From Candidatus Hydrogenedentota bacterium (GTDB lineage: Bacteria; Hydrogenedentota; Hydrogenedentia; Hydrogenedentales; JAEUWI01): DNA of 64,000 bases. The stretch is from NCBI GenBank assembly GCA_034669905.1, contig JAXMOL010000046.1:1-64000 (forward strand). Direction: 5' to 3'. Positions 20,597 through 30,765 of this stretch are shown here, piece after piece (positions within the stretch are counted from its first letter, which is position 1; each line of letters begins with the position of its first letter). The position numbers and the translations under genes were made by a program. The notes under the pieces were generated by a model. The model saw only the letters and a list, made by a program, of their open reading frames with translations, was not told the DNA's origin and did not search any database.

Positions 20597-20797
20597 CTAT
20601 TGCGGCTGGCCGACGCCATACAAGGCACTCAGCATCATAAGCCCAATAATAATGGCGGCGAAAAGGGCTCCGGCACAGCCGAGATAGAGTCGAAATTTAA
20701 ACCAGGTGGTCTGGTGGCCACACTCGGGACACACGCCACGATTGACGCCCATGGGTTCATTGCATGCGGGACAGGGTTTGGTGCGCTCGGAAGACAT
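20597..20797 (-). CDS. Small membrane-anchored zinc-ribbon protein (66 aa)
   Basis: CPAC-x9-CPEC followed by one hydrophobic helix. Confidence 0.7.
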   Translation of the reverse strand: MSSERTKPCPACNEPMGVNRGVCPECGHQTTWFKFRLYLGCAGALFAAIIIGLMMLSALYGVGQPQ

Positions 20798-20896
20798 AGC
20801 TCGCTCTCGTCAACTTGAATGAATGGGTACTACGGGAAAAGCGCTTAGTATACGGGAGCTGACCGGTAGCGATAAAGTGATTTTGTGCCCGCTGCC

Positions 20897-22015
20897 TCAG
20901 GGCGTGTCTTCAAAGAGCCGCCGTGAGCTGAGTCCGGGGTCCATCTCGGCAATCCAGGATGCAATGAGCGCAATGCCCTCGTCGTGCGGAATCGTGCGCC
21001 CGGTTCGGGGCATCATGAGGGCGGGGTCCGTGGCGCGCAACCGGGAAAGTAAAAAGGACCGATCCGGTCGCGCCGGACGTATGGCGTACTTGTATCCCCG
21101 GGAAGAGGGCCCGGCGGCCGTGGGCAGTTTATTGACACCGTAGGCCACCGGTTCTTTCTGAAACCAACGGAGGTCGAGTCCCGTTGGCCCCGCGTCACCT
21201 CCGGGATTGTGGCAGTGGGCGCAATTGCCATCCAGGTAGCTGCGCGCCCGGGCGTCCCGCGTCGCTGACTCGTCGTTCCACGGCGGCATGGTGGGGATGG
21301 CGTTCCGATCCTCTGGGGCACCGACCAGGATGCCACGTCGTATCCACGCGGCGAGCTGGTGGGTCTCCCCCGCCCCATAGTCCTGGTGGCGGTTCAATTG
21401 CCGGGCCTTCGGACCGATGGGCCCCATCACCTGATCATTCTCATGGCAATGTTTGCACTCGTTCATGTTGGGAATGGTATAGCGCGTCGCGCGTGGCGCA
21501 CCATCGTCGTGAATCCACGTCACGGGAATGCGTGCTCCGGCCACCGCGAGGCGGGCGTCACTCAGGTCATCCTTCCAGACGTAGGGATAACCCACCCAGC
21601 CCTCCGGTCGATGCATGAGGAGTCTGGTTTCCAGGATGCGCTCTCCCACCGTGGGGTCCCGTCGGTCGTGCAGATAGCTGAACGTCTTGACCAATACGGT
21701 GCCGACTGGAAAGGCAAAGGCATCTTCGTCGTCATAGATGGCCTGCGCACCGGATGGCAGATAGACAAAACGATACTTCTCCGCGTAGTCTGCGAAGAGG
21801 GGTGTGTTGATGCTGAAGGGAATCAAGCCCTCATTGGGGAGTTGCTGCGCCACATCGCGAAACAGATGGTAGTCGTTGATGTGTCGGGCAGGTGGCGCGG
21901 TCACATCAATGTGTATGGGGGGCATTACTTCCGCGCCAAAAGCCGGTGCGGGCACCCCACCCATAAGGAGGCAGGACACCCACACCGAGACGCAAATCGA
22001 TACTACAAGTCGCAT
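20897..22015 (-). CDS. SO2930/HNE_0200-like diheme c-type cytochrome
   Basis: Signal peptide; NTPLFADYAEKYRF, FPVGTVLVKTF, ETRLL; CKHCH and YLDGNCAHCH heme motifs; MMP distal Met. Confidence 0.85.
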   Translation of the reverse strand: MRLVVSICVSVWVSCLLMGGVPAPAFGAEVMPPIHIDVTAPPARHINDYHLFRDVAQQLPNEGLIPFSINTPLFADYAEKYRFVYLPSGAQAIYDDEDAFAFPVGTVLVKTFSYLHDRRDPTVGERILETRLLMHRPEGWVGYPYVWKDDLSDARLAVAGARIPVTWIHDDGAPRATRYTIPNMNECKHCHENDQVMGPIGPKARQLNRHQDYGAGETHQLAAWIRRGILVGAPEDRNAIPTMPPWNDESATRDARARSYLDGNCAHCHNPGGDAGPTGLDLRWFQKEPVAYGVNKLPTAAGPSSRGYKYAIRPARPDRSFLLSRLRATDPALMMPRTGRTIPHDEGIALIASWIAEMDPGLSSRRLFEDTP

Positions 22016-22023
22016 GGTGAATC

Positions 22024-23289
22024 TTATTTGGGCTCGTCCAGCTTCACCGGGGGAAGGGACTCATGGGGCGTGGCATGGGCCGCGATGTCACGGGAGATCT
22101 TATCCTGGTCGAGACCGAAATAGGCCGCTGTACCGCCCAGATTTGCGAACGTAACTTCGCTGCCATCGGTCTTTACATTGTCATGAATCGATATGCGCCG
22201 ATCCGCCGGCAATTCGCCGTCGGTAAGCTTCTTCGGGTCTACCTCGCCATCCCAGACGATATCCGGCAGCGGCACGCCGGCATGGGCCGCGAGCAGTTTG
22301 CCGGCCATTCCCATAGGAGCATAGCCGCCTTTTCCGATGCGGTTGTGATGAATGTGTACGCCCTCGGCATAAGGGTTGTAAAGGGGATCGGTCACGGGCT
22401 TTCCACTGGAAATCCAACTATGCAGCAACACATTCGCCGTCTGGTTGTTGTAGATGTCGTTGTCAAAGATTTCGACGTTGTAGTTGGCCATGACGATGAC
22501 GCCTGAACCCGTGGGAACCGTACCCACGATATTGCCAGCGGGCGCAAAGTTTTCGGTGTCGTTGTCAAAAATTTTGTTCTTGAAGATACGCGTGCGCTGC
22601 CCGTCCTTTACCGGTAAGCCCGGCATATCAAAGACCAGAATGCCGCCTGTATTCTTTGTGGCGATATTGTCATAGACGTCGGCGTCGTAGCAGTTTTCGA
22701 TTTCGATGCCCGCCACATTAAATTCCACCAGATTACGACGTACGATGACCTTCTTCGTCTGGCCCACGTAGATGCCGGCATCGGACGCCCCACGAACGAC
22801 GCAGTCTTCTATAAGGGTGTTGGTGGCGCTCACCGGATAGAGTCCGTAGGCCCCGTTGGTTTCCTTGGGGCCGCCTGTCCACTCGGTGCGCACCCGGCGA
22901 ACCGTAAGAAAATCGGCGCCATTGGATTTCATCGCGTTGCCGGTCGTGTCTTCAATGGCGAAGTCTTCCAGCGTGACCTGGTCGCTCGTGATGTAGAGCC
23001 CCTCGGCACCGGAGTCCTGTCCCTTGAAGGTCAATACGCTTTTGTCCATGCCCTCGCCCCGCACGGTAACGTTATCCACATCCAGCGAAAGGCTCTGGTC
23101 AAAGGTATATTTGCCTTCCTTGAAGACGAAGACTGTTCCTGGCGGACTGAGGATGAATGCTTCCTGCACTTCTTCCTGGGTGTCTGGTCCCGGCGTGAAG
23201 TAAACGGTTTTTGCCTGGGCGCTTCCCTGCGCCAGGCACAAAAGCCCAATTCCGCCCAGAACGGCCGCGACTGATTTCCTCGTTAACAT
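22024..23289 (-). CDS. Secreted parallel (right-handed) beta-helix protein, the usual partner of SO2930-like cytochromes
   Basis: Signal peptide; NGAYGLYPV, GASDAGIYVGQ, NVAGIEIEN, NTGGILVFDMPGL, NFAPAGNIV. Confidence 0.85.
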   Translation of the reverse strand: MLTRKSVAAVLGGIGLLCLAQGSAQAKTVYFTPGPDTQEEVQEAFILSPPGTVFVFKEGKYTFDQSLSLDVDNVTVRGEGMDKSVLTFKGQDSGAEGLYITSDQVTLEDFAIEDTTGNAMKSNGADFLTVRRVRTEWTGGPKETNGAYGLYPVSATNTLIEDCVVRGASDAGIYVGQTKKVIVRRNLVEFNVAGIEIENCYDADVYDNIATKNTGGILVFDMPGLPVKDGQRTRIFKNKIFDNDTENFAPAGNIVGTVPTGSGVIVMANYNVEIFDNDIYNNQTANVLLHSWISSGKPVTDPLYNPYAEGVHIHHNRIGKGGYAPMGMAGKLLAAHAGVPLPDIVWDGEVDPKKLTDGELPADRRISIHDNVKTDGSEVTFANLGGTAAYFGLDQDKISRDIAAHATPHESLPPVKLDEPK

Positions 23290-23407
23290 GGTGATTCTCC
23301 TGCGTGGTGGGCTTCGGGTAGCTTCAGGTTCTGCCCCACTGCTGTGTTGGTACTTGGTGACGATTAGACTTTGTGGTATCTCGGTAGGTTTCTTCTGTCT
23401 ATAGGAA

Positions 23408-23435
23408 GGGCCCGCCCGACACGTCGGACGGACCC
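23408..23435 (-). terminator. Strong hairpin with a weak U tract after the DUF1559 gene (partial terminator or mRNA stabiliser)
   Basis: Minus strand GGGTCCGTCCGAC-GT-GTCGGGCGGGCCC (two G-U pairs on this strand), then TTCCT. Confidence 0.45.
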
Positions 23436-23482
23436 TCGTGCAACTTCTACGTTACAAGCAAGCCATTGCAATGGAGCGGGAC

Positions 23483-24487
23483 TTACCCAATGGAAGCACC
23501 AATGCCACGGGCTGTGTTGCCGTTGGCCGGGGCGTCGCCTTCCGTTGCATACTTCTGGAATTCTACGTGGCCGTCCATGTAGAGCACGTTGGCCCCGCCG
23601 GGGATATGGCTGAAGTCGACGCGGTCAATATTCGTCGTAACGGTGACGATATCAAAGTACACGAAGACGGTGGACTGTGCCTTGGCACTGGACGCGGGGT
23701 TGTTGATGTCCGTAATCATGAAGCGTTCAATGCCTTCACGGAAACGAAGCAGTTCTTCACCGCCGCCGTTGCCATAGTCGCCAGTTGCGGGCTGGCCCAA
23801 CGCACCAGCCGCACTGTTCAGGTTCAAGTTGCCCAGCACAGCGTCTTCCGCACCTGCACTCGGCCAGCCGGTAAGCGTACGGACCGAGACGTCCCAGAGG
23901 GTGGACTGAAGACACATGTTACCGGTTCCTGCGGGCAGTCCAAAGCTGGCACCGTCGATGGCCCGATCATCGGAGTTACACTGGTCAAAGATGTGGCCGA
24001 AGTAGAGGTAACTGTCCTGGGCGGCACGGCTGCCGCTGTCGTCATCCCCTTCACATACCTTTTGGAAGAAACTGGCACCATTGCCTGTCGTCCAGGCTTC
24101 CGTCGTCAGCGTGGCGTCCGAGGGACATACGAAAATGGCGGGGTCCGTCAGGTATTCCGGATAGACTTCACGGGGGTCTACCATGGGCTCGAAGACGTTT
24201 TCGGTGTCAATGGGAGCGTCGTTATCCACGCTGCTCTGGTCTGTGAAGGCATCGCAATCGTAGGACGGAGCCTGGAAGTCTACATATATAGGCGGAAATA
24301 CTTCGCCGGGGGACTCGTTGGCATACATCTTCAAGACGATGCCCATCTGCTTCAGATTGTTCTGGCAGCTAGCGCGACGGGCTGCTTCTCGGGCACGGGC
24401 CAGGGCGGGCAGCAGGATTGCTGCGAGAATACCAATGATCGCGATAACGACCAACAGTTCGATCAGGGTGAAACCGTTGCGTTTCAT
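23483..24487 (-). CDS. DUF1559-family prepilin-type N-terminal cleavage/methylation protein with a C-terminal H-x10-DG motif
   Basis: ATG after [74 protein letters not shown]. Confidence 0.92.
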   Translation of the reverse strand: MKRNGFTLIELLVVIAIIGILAAILLPALARAREAARRASCQNNLKQMGIVLKMYANESPGEVFPPIYVDFQAPSYDCDAFTDQSSVDNDAPIDTENVFEPMVDPREVYPEYLTDPAIFVCPSDATLTTEAWTTGNGASFFQKVCEGDDDSGSRAAQDSYLYFGHIFDQCNSDDRAIDGASFGLPAGTGNMCLQSTLWDVSVRTLTGWPSAGAEDAVLGNLNLNSAAGALGQPATGDYGNGGGEELLRFREGIERFMITDINNPASSAKAQSTVFVYFDIVTVTTNIDRVDFSHIPGGANVLYMDGHVEFQKYATEGDAPANGNTARGIGASIG

Positions 24488-24659
24488 GGGATTGTTCTCC
24501 TTTGGGTGATAGGAAATGGGGATGAATTCGATTCGGAAACCAAACATGGGGTATTAGTACGGGTATTCAAAAAAATCAATCCTTAACTCCTTTCCGGTTA
24601 TCGGTGTCGCTCCGCTCCATATCGCATGCTCACAGGTCATGTTTGGTGCGCTCTTGGGC

Positions 24660-25733
24660 TCATTCCCACAGGGCCAATGACTCCGGTTCGACCAATTCGA
24701 CGGGAATGAGATAGTGGTTCGGATTGGGCTCCTCCCCCTGATTCAACTGCTGCATCATGCTGTAGAGTGCGGCGTTGGACTCTCGGGATGTGGCCCATCG
24801 GGTGAAGGCATACCGGCAGTTTGTGCCGTGGGGGGAGCGGACACGAACGGTGCATACGAGGAAATCGTCGGGCACCCGGAGCCCCACTTCTTCGGCCACC
24901 CGAACGGCTACCGATGCCGTCATCTTGGACGAACAAATAACCGCGGTGGGGGCCTGGCCCCCGCGGAGCGCGCGGCGGAGATGGAGTTCGATGGCGCGCT
25001 TTTCCATTTCTACACTGCGCACCCGCGCATCGACGTTGCGCTTTCCAGACCGCTCTATGCCCTGCTCGATACCTTCCAGGAATTCGTTGTCTCCAAAGCC
25101 CCAGAGCCGATTCATCAGGACCAGAACGCGTTGGTGGCCTACGCTCGCCGTATATTCCGCGAGCATGGCGCCCGCCTGGCGGTAGTCCATATCGATCCAG
25201 GGGATTTCACAGGAACCCTTGCTGACACCGCCGGTGGCGACGGCAGGAATATCATGGTCTTTGATCAGTCGCTGGACGGCCTGGCTGCACGAAACGAGTA
25301 CCACGGAACGGGGAGGCGTCCCATCTGACCAGGAGTCAACAATGCGCTCACAAAAGGCTAACTGCTCTTCTTCTGGAATGAATATCTGTTGGATAGAGTC
25401 GTGCGGCAACTCCAGATGAACGGTCTTGATGATGTTTTCGATGATGACGTTGTAGAGGGTATAGAAATTGGAGGGGACCCAGATTTGGACGGTCCGGGGC
25501 ATGTTCTTGGGGGCTGTGGCCGCCCCCTCACCCACATAGGTACCCGAGCCATGGCGTCGTTGGAGGAGGCCATTGGAAGCGAGTTTGCGCATCGCCCGAT
25601 CGGCGGTCATGGGGCTGACACCGAGCATTTGCGCGACCTCACGGGCGCTCTGGTAAAGTTGTCCTGGCTTGAGTCCGCGCGCCCGGATATCTTGTTCGAT
25701 GGCGAGCATTACCTGGGTGTTCTTGCTGGTCAT
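24660..25733 (-). CDS. GntR-HTH / LacI-type sensor transcriptional regulator (AraR-like architecture)
   Basis: LKPGQLYQSAREVAQMLGVSPMTADRAMRKLASNGLLQRRHGSGTYV; C-terminal IDMDYRQAG, PTAVIC, GLRVPDD. Confidence 0.85.
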   Translation of the reverse strand: MTSKNTQVMLAIEQDIRARGLKPGQLYQSAREVAQMLGVSPMTADRAMRKLASNGLLQRRHGSGTYVGEGAATAPKNMPRTVQIWVPSNFYTLYNVIIENIIKTVHLELPHDSIQQIFIPEEEQLAFCERIVDSWSDGTPPRSVVLVSCSQAVQRLIKDHDIPAVATGGVSKGSCEIPWIDMDYRQAGAMLAEYTASVGHQRVLVLMNRLWGFGDNEFLEGIEQGIERSGKRNVDARVRSVEMEKRAIELHLRRALRGGQAPTAVICSSKMTASVAVRVAEEVGLRVPDDFLVCTVRVRSPHGTNCRYAFTRWATSRESNAALYSMMQQLNQGEEPNPNHYLIPVELVEPESLALWE

Positions 25734-25967
25734 CCCTTCCCTCTCCCGTTGACTGCACCACTGTCTGGTACAGTACCCCCGCTCTCGGTTGAAACCGACA
25801 TGGTACAGGTGGTTACGGACACGCTCTGCTCCTCGCTCACTCACAATCCGATCAGGCTGGTGAGAATACGCCTTTAAGACGCATACACCGAAGGGTTGGA
25901 CGGAAACTCACACCTTTGCGCCCAACGTCATCTAGGAATAGCACTGTTTGGCCTCCCTGTCAATGGG

Positions 25968-25987
25968 CTTGATACAACTGTATCAAG
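25968..25987. promoter_or_regulatory. Palindromic candidate operator upstream of the GntR gene
   Basis: CTTGATACA-AC-TGTATCAAG, perfect 9-bp arms, AT-rich, intergenic. Confidence 0.5.
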
Positions 25988-26175
25988 AAGTGGTGCAATT
26001 TGGGGGTGGAAACCATAATTTCTATGGTACACACCGGAAAGCCGCGAGGTTTTATTGGTACAGACAGGGCATTCGACGGTCGTTTCGGGACGGGAGTGCG
26101 CCAAAGGCAGGACCTGGGCGGGGGAAGTCCTTCAGACGGAGCGACCGGAATGGTGAGGTTGGACGTTTACGCCAC

Positions 26176-26218
26176 AAAAAAAAGACCGCCGGGCCCCATT
26201 GGGGGGAACCCGGCGGTC
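26176..26218 (-). terminator. Rho-independent terminator of the PVC-type heme protein gene
   Basis: Minus strand GACCGCCGGG...CCCGGCGGTC followed by T8. Confidence 0.85.
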
Positions 26219-26232
26219 GTGAGGGGGGCTAC

Positions 26233-29200
26233 TTACTTACGGGTGGCGAGGAATTCCACCAGATCGCGGAGTTCGTAGAGCGTGATGAAGTTTGCCAGGC
26301 CTTCGGGCATGGAAGAAAGGGCCCGCTTGCGTTCGGCAATGTTTTTCTTTTCCACGGTCATCCGGACGAGGTTGGGTGTGCCCGGGTCGCCCTCGCCATG
26401 GGCCGCCGATTCGGCGACGGTATCCACGTCACTATGGGGTATGACTTCCGCAAAGGGGTCGGCTTCCTGCTGTACTTCCAGGGTGAGCGTGGTGTCTGAT
26501 TCTTCCAGAAGACGTCCCGTGTAGAATTCTCCCGAGGTGAGACTGATGCTCACGTTCTCGAAACCTTCGGCAATCGCTGCGTTTGGTGTAACAATGGCCT
26601 CCAGGATGTGCTTCCGATCGACCCGCTGGCCGAGTCCGGTCAGTTCGGGGCCGACCTGGCTTCCCCCCTTGCCGTCCAGGCTATGGCAGCGGAGGCACTG
26701 GGTCTCCGTCTTTTCGAAGAAGATTTTCCGTCCTTTGCCCGCATTGCCGCCATGGAGCGCGGGCTGTGCAGCCTCCAGGGGGCTGGCCTCGTCTTCCTGG
26801 ACCGATGCGAGTGCGGTGGTGACGCTTGGAACGTGGATGCCCTGGGCAACCGTAAGGAGTTCCAGGTGGACCGTGGGATCCAGGGTGCCGTCGGCCAATC
26901 GTTTCAGCAGTGCGAGGAGCATGGGCTCCTGGGTTGCCGGGGCGAGTTGCCGGATAGCCTTCACGGCGGCCTGCTTTTCAGCGGTGCTACCTGTTTCGAG
27001 ACGGGCTTCGATGGCTTCCCGGGCGGCGTCGGGATCAAGATGTACAATATGGGTGAGGGACTCAGCCCTTACGCTATCGGCCTTGTCGTCCAGCGTCGCA
27101 CCGAGAATCGGTCGAAGTGCTTCGCGGTTGCTACGGGCCACGAGTTGCATTGCGGCCACCCGCTGCGCGGCCTTGACCTCGGTATTGCTCGCAAGGTCAA
27201 CCAGGGCGGGCAGGGCACCATCCAGGCCGTAGGTATCGCACAGTTCGCCGGTCGCGAGAAGAAATGCCGGGTCACCGGAGGCGAGCAATGCGGGCAAGGC
27301 GGTCTCCACGTGGGAAGCGACGTTGGCCGCACGGTCATTGCCCATGGGCTGCCAGGCTCCGGTCACGGGGTCGAGCGCGGGTGGTGTGTTCCATTGGGCC
27401 AGATAGCCGAGTACTTCGATTCGTGCTTTTTCCGGGATAGCCGCACGCAAGGCATACTGGAGCAATGCATCTACGTCATGTTCCCCACCGAGGCGAAAAT
27501 GGGCAGCAAGTATGCGTCGCCAGGCATAGAGCGCGTCAGGTGCCGGGGCGTTTTCTCGGGTGGCCAGTGCGGCCAGCGCGGAAAAGGCGCCTTCGATGGG
27601 GCGATCGTAGATGGCCCGAATGGCTTCCGCGACAATGGCCGGGTCGCGGTCATTGAGAAAGCGGGCGCACTCGACACTCTGGAGACGGCGCAGGGCCAAC
27701 AGTCCACCGAGCCGGACCGCCCGCGAAGGATCCAGGGCGAGGGCGGCGAGTTGGGATTCCGTGGCTTGTCCCTGAAGGCCCACGACGAGGGCATGACGCA
27801 GATAGGCATCGTAATCATCGTTCTGTCGCAACTGGTCTACCAGGGCGGCGACGGTGGCCTCATCCTGAACACCCAGTTTCCCCAGGCTGCTGGCTGCATG
27901 AAAGCGCACGCGGATGTTGGGGTCGTTCAGGGCATCCCGCAAGGGTTTGAGCACCAGCGCGACCGGGGCGTCGGCAAGCACGCGGGCCGCCTGCAGCCGG
28001 ACTTCGGCGTCGGTGTCGCTCAGCAGGGGCAACAGGGTGGCACCGTCAATATCGCCTTGCAGAAGGAGCTGCCACTGCCCCCAGATACCGTGTAAGCGGG
28101 TGAAGGGGCCCTCCCCGCTTCGGGCTACGGCGTCAAAATGGGCCAGGGCCGCTGGTCCCAAATCGGCCAGGGCATATTGGGCTTCCAGTCGTACGCGCTG
28201 GTCTGCATGGCCCAGAAGGCCACGGAGTGCCTCAGGGGTGCGCTGGGCCATGCCGTCCCGAAGGAGTTGAACCGCTTCGGCATGGACTCCGTCCTCGGCC
28301 AGATTGGGCTCGTGGATACGGTAGATGCGGCCCTTCATGGGCTTATCCCATCCCTGCACCCAGTCCGAGAAGTAGATTCCCGGTTTCATGCCGAATTCCA
28401 CGTCGGTTGCGAGCATGTGGCTGGCGAAGTCCCGCCGCTCAACCACTTCGAAACTGGCACCGCTCGGTGCGACCTCGAAGGCGTGAATCAGGCTACGCCC
28501 CGCATCACCGCGAAAGTCGCACAGGAAAAAGGTGTCGTTGTATTCGCCGGACATGCCTGTGCCGGGATAAAAGGTCAGGCCGGACGGACCGGCACCGATA
28601 TTCAAGAGCGGCGGCACGATGTGGGCTGGCTGCTCGTCAAAGCGCGGAGCCCACATCTTTTCCGCATTCCAGGGCCCCCGGGTGTTGGGTTGGGTGACCC
28701 ACTGGTAGCCGATACGCCAGCCACTGTCGCCCCCTTCGACGATCCAGACCCAACGGGCCTGATCGCCCGCATCCGAGTTGTTGTCGCCCGTGAAGAGGTT
28801 GCCGTAGTTGTCGAAGGCCAATTCCTGGGGATTGCGCAGGCCCCGGTGCACAATTTCCAGGTTACTGCCATCCAGATTGCACCGAAAGACCGCGCCTGTA
28901 TCGGGCTCCACCAGCCGGGAACCGTCGGGGAGGCCAATGTTGACACCGCGATCACCGATACTGAAGTAGAGACGGCCGTCGGGGCCTTTCCGGAGCCCGT
29001 GGAGATCGTGGCCCAGAAAGTTGATGTGGACCCCGTAGCCGGAGCTGAGGATGTCCCGTTTGTTGGCCACACCATCCTTGTCGGTGTCGGTGAGACGCCA
29101 GAGCTCTGGGATGCAGGTGTAATAAAGGTGGCCCCGATCGAACAAGAGTCCCGCGCCGATGCCGGCCAGGGAATCCCGGAACCCATCGGCGAAAACGGTG

Positions 29201-29661
29201 GCCTGGTCCGCGACGCCGTCGCCATCGGAATCCCAGAGCTTGCTGATACGGTCATGCTCCTCGGCCCAGGCGGAAAACTCGGCGCCGAGATTTTTCTTCA
29301 TGGCGATGAGGCGGTCTTCCACCGTACGGGAGGCCAGATCATCGACAAGCCAATCCCGATGTCCGCGCATGTCCCCCACCCCCCGGGAATGGCGAAAGGT
29401 CTCGGCGACATAAATGTTGCCGTCGAAATCGAAGTAGAAGGCCACAGGATTGGCCAGGAGGGGTTCGGCCGCGACCAGCTCAATGGCAAAGCCATCGGGG
29501 GCGGAAAAGGCTGCGATGGCTTGCTGTCCCTCGTCGGATGCCCCCGCGATGTTGGGTAGATAAGGCGTAGGAATGAGCTGCTTGTCGGCAGCCGCGACCG
29601 GCAGAAGAATGGCCAGGCTGAGTGGTAGCACAAATCGAAGGAGACCTGAGAATGAATGCAA
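26233..29661 (-). CDS. PVC-type dehydrogenase-like beta-propeller + HEAT repeats + cytochrome c protein
   Basis: TTG start after GAGGT; signal peptide; ELVAAEPLLANPVAF, GHDLHGL, GLRNPQEL; HEAT repeats; CLRCH..GPEL..SSMP. Confidence 0.85.
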   Translation of the reverse strand: MHSFSGLLRFVLPLSLAILLPVAAADKQLIPTPYLPNIAGASDEGQQAIAAFSAPDGFAIELVAAEPLLANPVAFYFDFDGNIYVAETFRHSRGVGDMRGHRDWLVDDLASRTVEDRLIAMKKNLGAEFSAWAEEHDRISKLWDSDGDGVADQATVFADGFRDSLAGIGAGLLFDRGHLYYTCIPELWRLTDTDKDGVANKRDILSSGYGVHINFLGHDLHGLRKGPDGRLYFSIGDRGVNIGLPDGSRLVEPDTGAVFRCNLDGSNLEIVHRGLRNPQELAFDNYGNLFTGDNNSDAGDQARWVWIVEGGDSGWRIGYQWVTQPNTRGPWNAEKMWAPRFDEQPAHIVPPLLNIGAGPSGLTFYPGTGMSGEYNDTFFLCDFRGDAGRSLIHAFEVAPSGASFEVVERRDFASHMLATDVEFGMKPGIYFSDWVQGWDKPMKGRIYRIHEPNLAEDGVHAEAVQLLRDGMAQRTPEALRGLLGHADQRVRLEAQYALADLGPAALAHFDAVARSGEGPFTRLHGIWGQWQLLLQGDIDGATLLPLLSDTDAEVRLQAARVLADAPVALVLKPLRDALNDPNIRVRFHAASSLGKLGVQDEATVAALVDQLRQNDDYDAYLRHALVVGLQGQATESQLAALALDPSRAVRLGGLLALRRLQSVECARFLNDRDPAIVAEAIRAIYDRPIEGAFSALAALATRENAPAPDALYAWRRILAAHFRLGGEHDVDALLQYALRAAIPEKARIEVLGYLAQWNTPPALDPVTGAWQPMGNDRAANVASHVETALPALLASGDPAFLLATGELCDTYGLDGALPALVDLASNTEVKAAQRVAAMQLVARSNREALRPILGATLDDKADSVRAESLTHIVHLDPDAAREAIEARLETGSTAEKQAAVKAIRQLAPATQEPMLLALLKRLADGTLDPTVHLELLTVAQGIHVPSVTTALASVQEDEASPLEAAQPALHGGNAGKGRKIFFEKTETQCLRCHSLDGKGGSQVGPELTGLGQRVDRKHILEAIVTPNAAIAEGFENVSISLTSGEFYTGRLLEESDTTLTLEVQQEADPFAEVIPHSDVDTVAESAAHGEGDPGTPNLVRMTVEKKNIAERKRALSSMPEGLANFITLYELRDLVEFLATRK

Positions 29662-29930
29662 TGTAATACCTCGGATGCCGCGTGGCGACGTTTTGGGAAT
29701 TCTGAACGGATACCATGTACAATCGGACGTCGTGATTACTCAGACGCTCCGTTTGAAGCGGAAAGGGTACCACGCCGGGCGATTCCATCCCAAATAGATA
29801 CGGAATTACGGGTTGGTCAGCCAGGTGTAACAATTTTCCCGCGCGGAGCACTATAGGGATAGAAATCGGGGTCCGGACACCGTCCAATGTGTCCCCGAGC
29901 TTTTGATGTAACAACGCTTGAGCCGAGAGT

Positions 29931-30518
29931 TTGCCGGAAAATACGACCCAAAACCCCTATGCGGGCGATATAGCACGTGTCCAGGCGGCCGTCGATGGTG
30001 ACGAGGCGGCCTATGCCGCGATCGTGGCGGAATTTCAGCCGGCCACGACCCGTTTGATGTGGCGCTTTACACGCGATCCCGGAAAGCTGGAAGAACTGGT
30101 TCATGATGCTTTTGTGGAGGTGTACTACAGCCTTCCCAAGTATCGCGGGGCGGGCCCCCTCGGGGGCTGGATTCGGACCATTGCGGTTCGCGTAGGCTAT
30201 AAATTCTGGAAGCACAAAAAGCGAGATACCGAACGGCAGGCGATACATGAGCAGATAGCGGCCACTGCCCCTCCGGATGCCCTCACGGACTCCATTCCGG
30301 AGGATCCGGAGGATGCCCACCGTGCACTCTATGATGCCCTTGCGTTGTTGGGGCCCCGAGATCGGCTGGTGCTCACCTTATTATATTGGGAAAACTGTAC
30401 AACGGAAGAAGCCGCCGCCCTCTCGGGCTGGAGCAGCAGCATGGTGCGGGTGCAGGCCTTTCGGGCACGAAAACGACTGAAGAAACTACTTGAGGCGGAG
30501 AAAAATGGAACTGTTTGA
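29931..30518 (+). CDS. ECF RNA polymerase sigma factor (start codon uncertain)
   Basis: GDEAAYAAIV, EELVHDAFVEVY, WIRTIAVR (region 2); RLVLTLLYWENCTTEEAAALSGWSSSMVRVQAFRARKRL (region 4). Confidence 0.88.
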   Translation: MPENTTQNPYAGDIARVQAAVDGDEAAYAAIVAEFQPATTRLMWRFTRDPGKLEELVHDAFVEVYYSLPKYRGAGPLGGWIRTIAVRVGYKFWKHKKRDTERQAIHEQIAATAPPDALTDSIPEDPEDAHRALYDALALLGPRDRLVLTLLYWENCTTEEAAALSGWSSSMVRVQAFRARKRLKKLLEAEKNGTV

Positions 30519-30765
30519 ACGAATCGAGCGCACCGCGGAACGTGCGCAGCAGGCGGAAGTACCCCACGTGGACGTGGTCGATAGGGTGTGTCGCACCATC
30601 CGACTGGCGCGTCCCGAGGAGCCTGCCCTTCTCGACACCCCCTCGATGGCCTTTGCCGGGTTGTCCCTCGGGGTGACGGTCCTGACCGCACTGATGTTCA
30701 TGCCCCTTTTGAGCACCCTGCTGGACCCCATGGCCGCCTACATGAATTCACCGTGGAGCTTCTAG
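30505..30765 (+). CDS. Putative small single-TM anti-sigma factor
   Basis: ATG after GGAG, overlapping the sigma stop; 86 aa with one TM helix. Confidence 0.6.
   Translation: MELFERIERTAERAQQAEVPHVDVVDRVCRTIRLARPEEPALLDTPSMAFAGLSLGVTVLTALMFMPLLSTLLDPMAAYMNSPWSF

Noticed and set aside
20261..20640. Short ORFs overlapping the palindromic element
   Set aside because: They are translations of the REP-like repeat, with no RBS or protein-like features.
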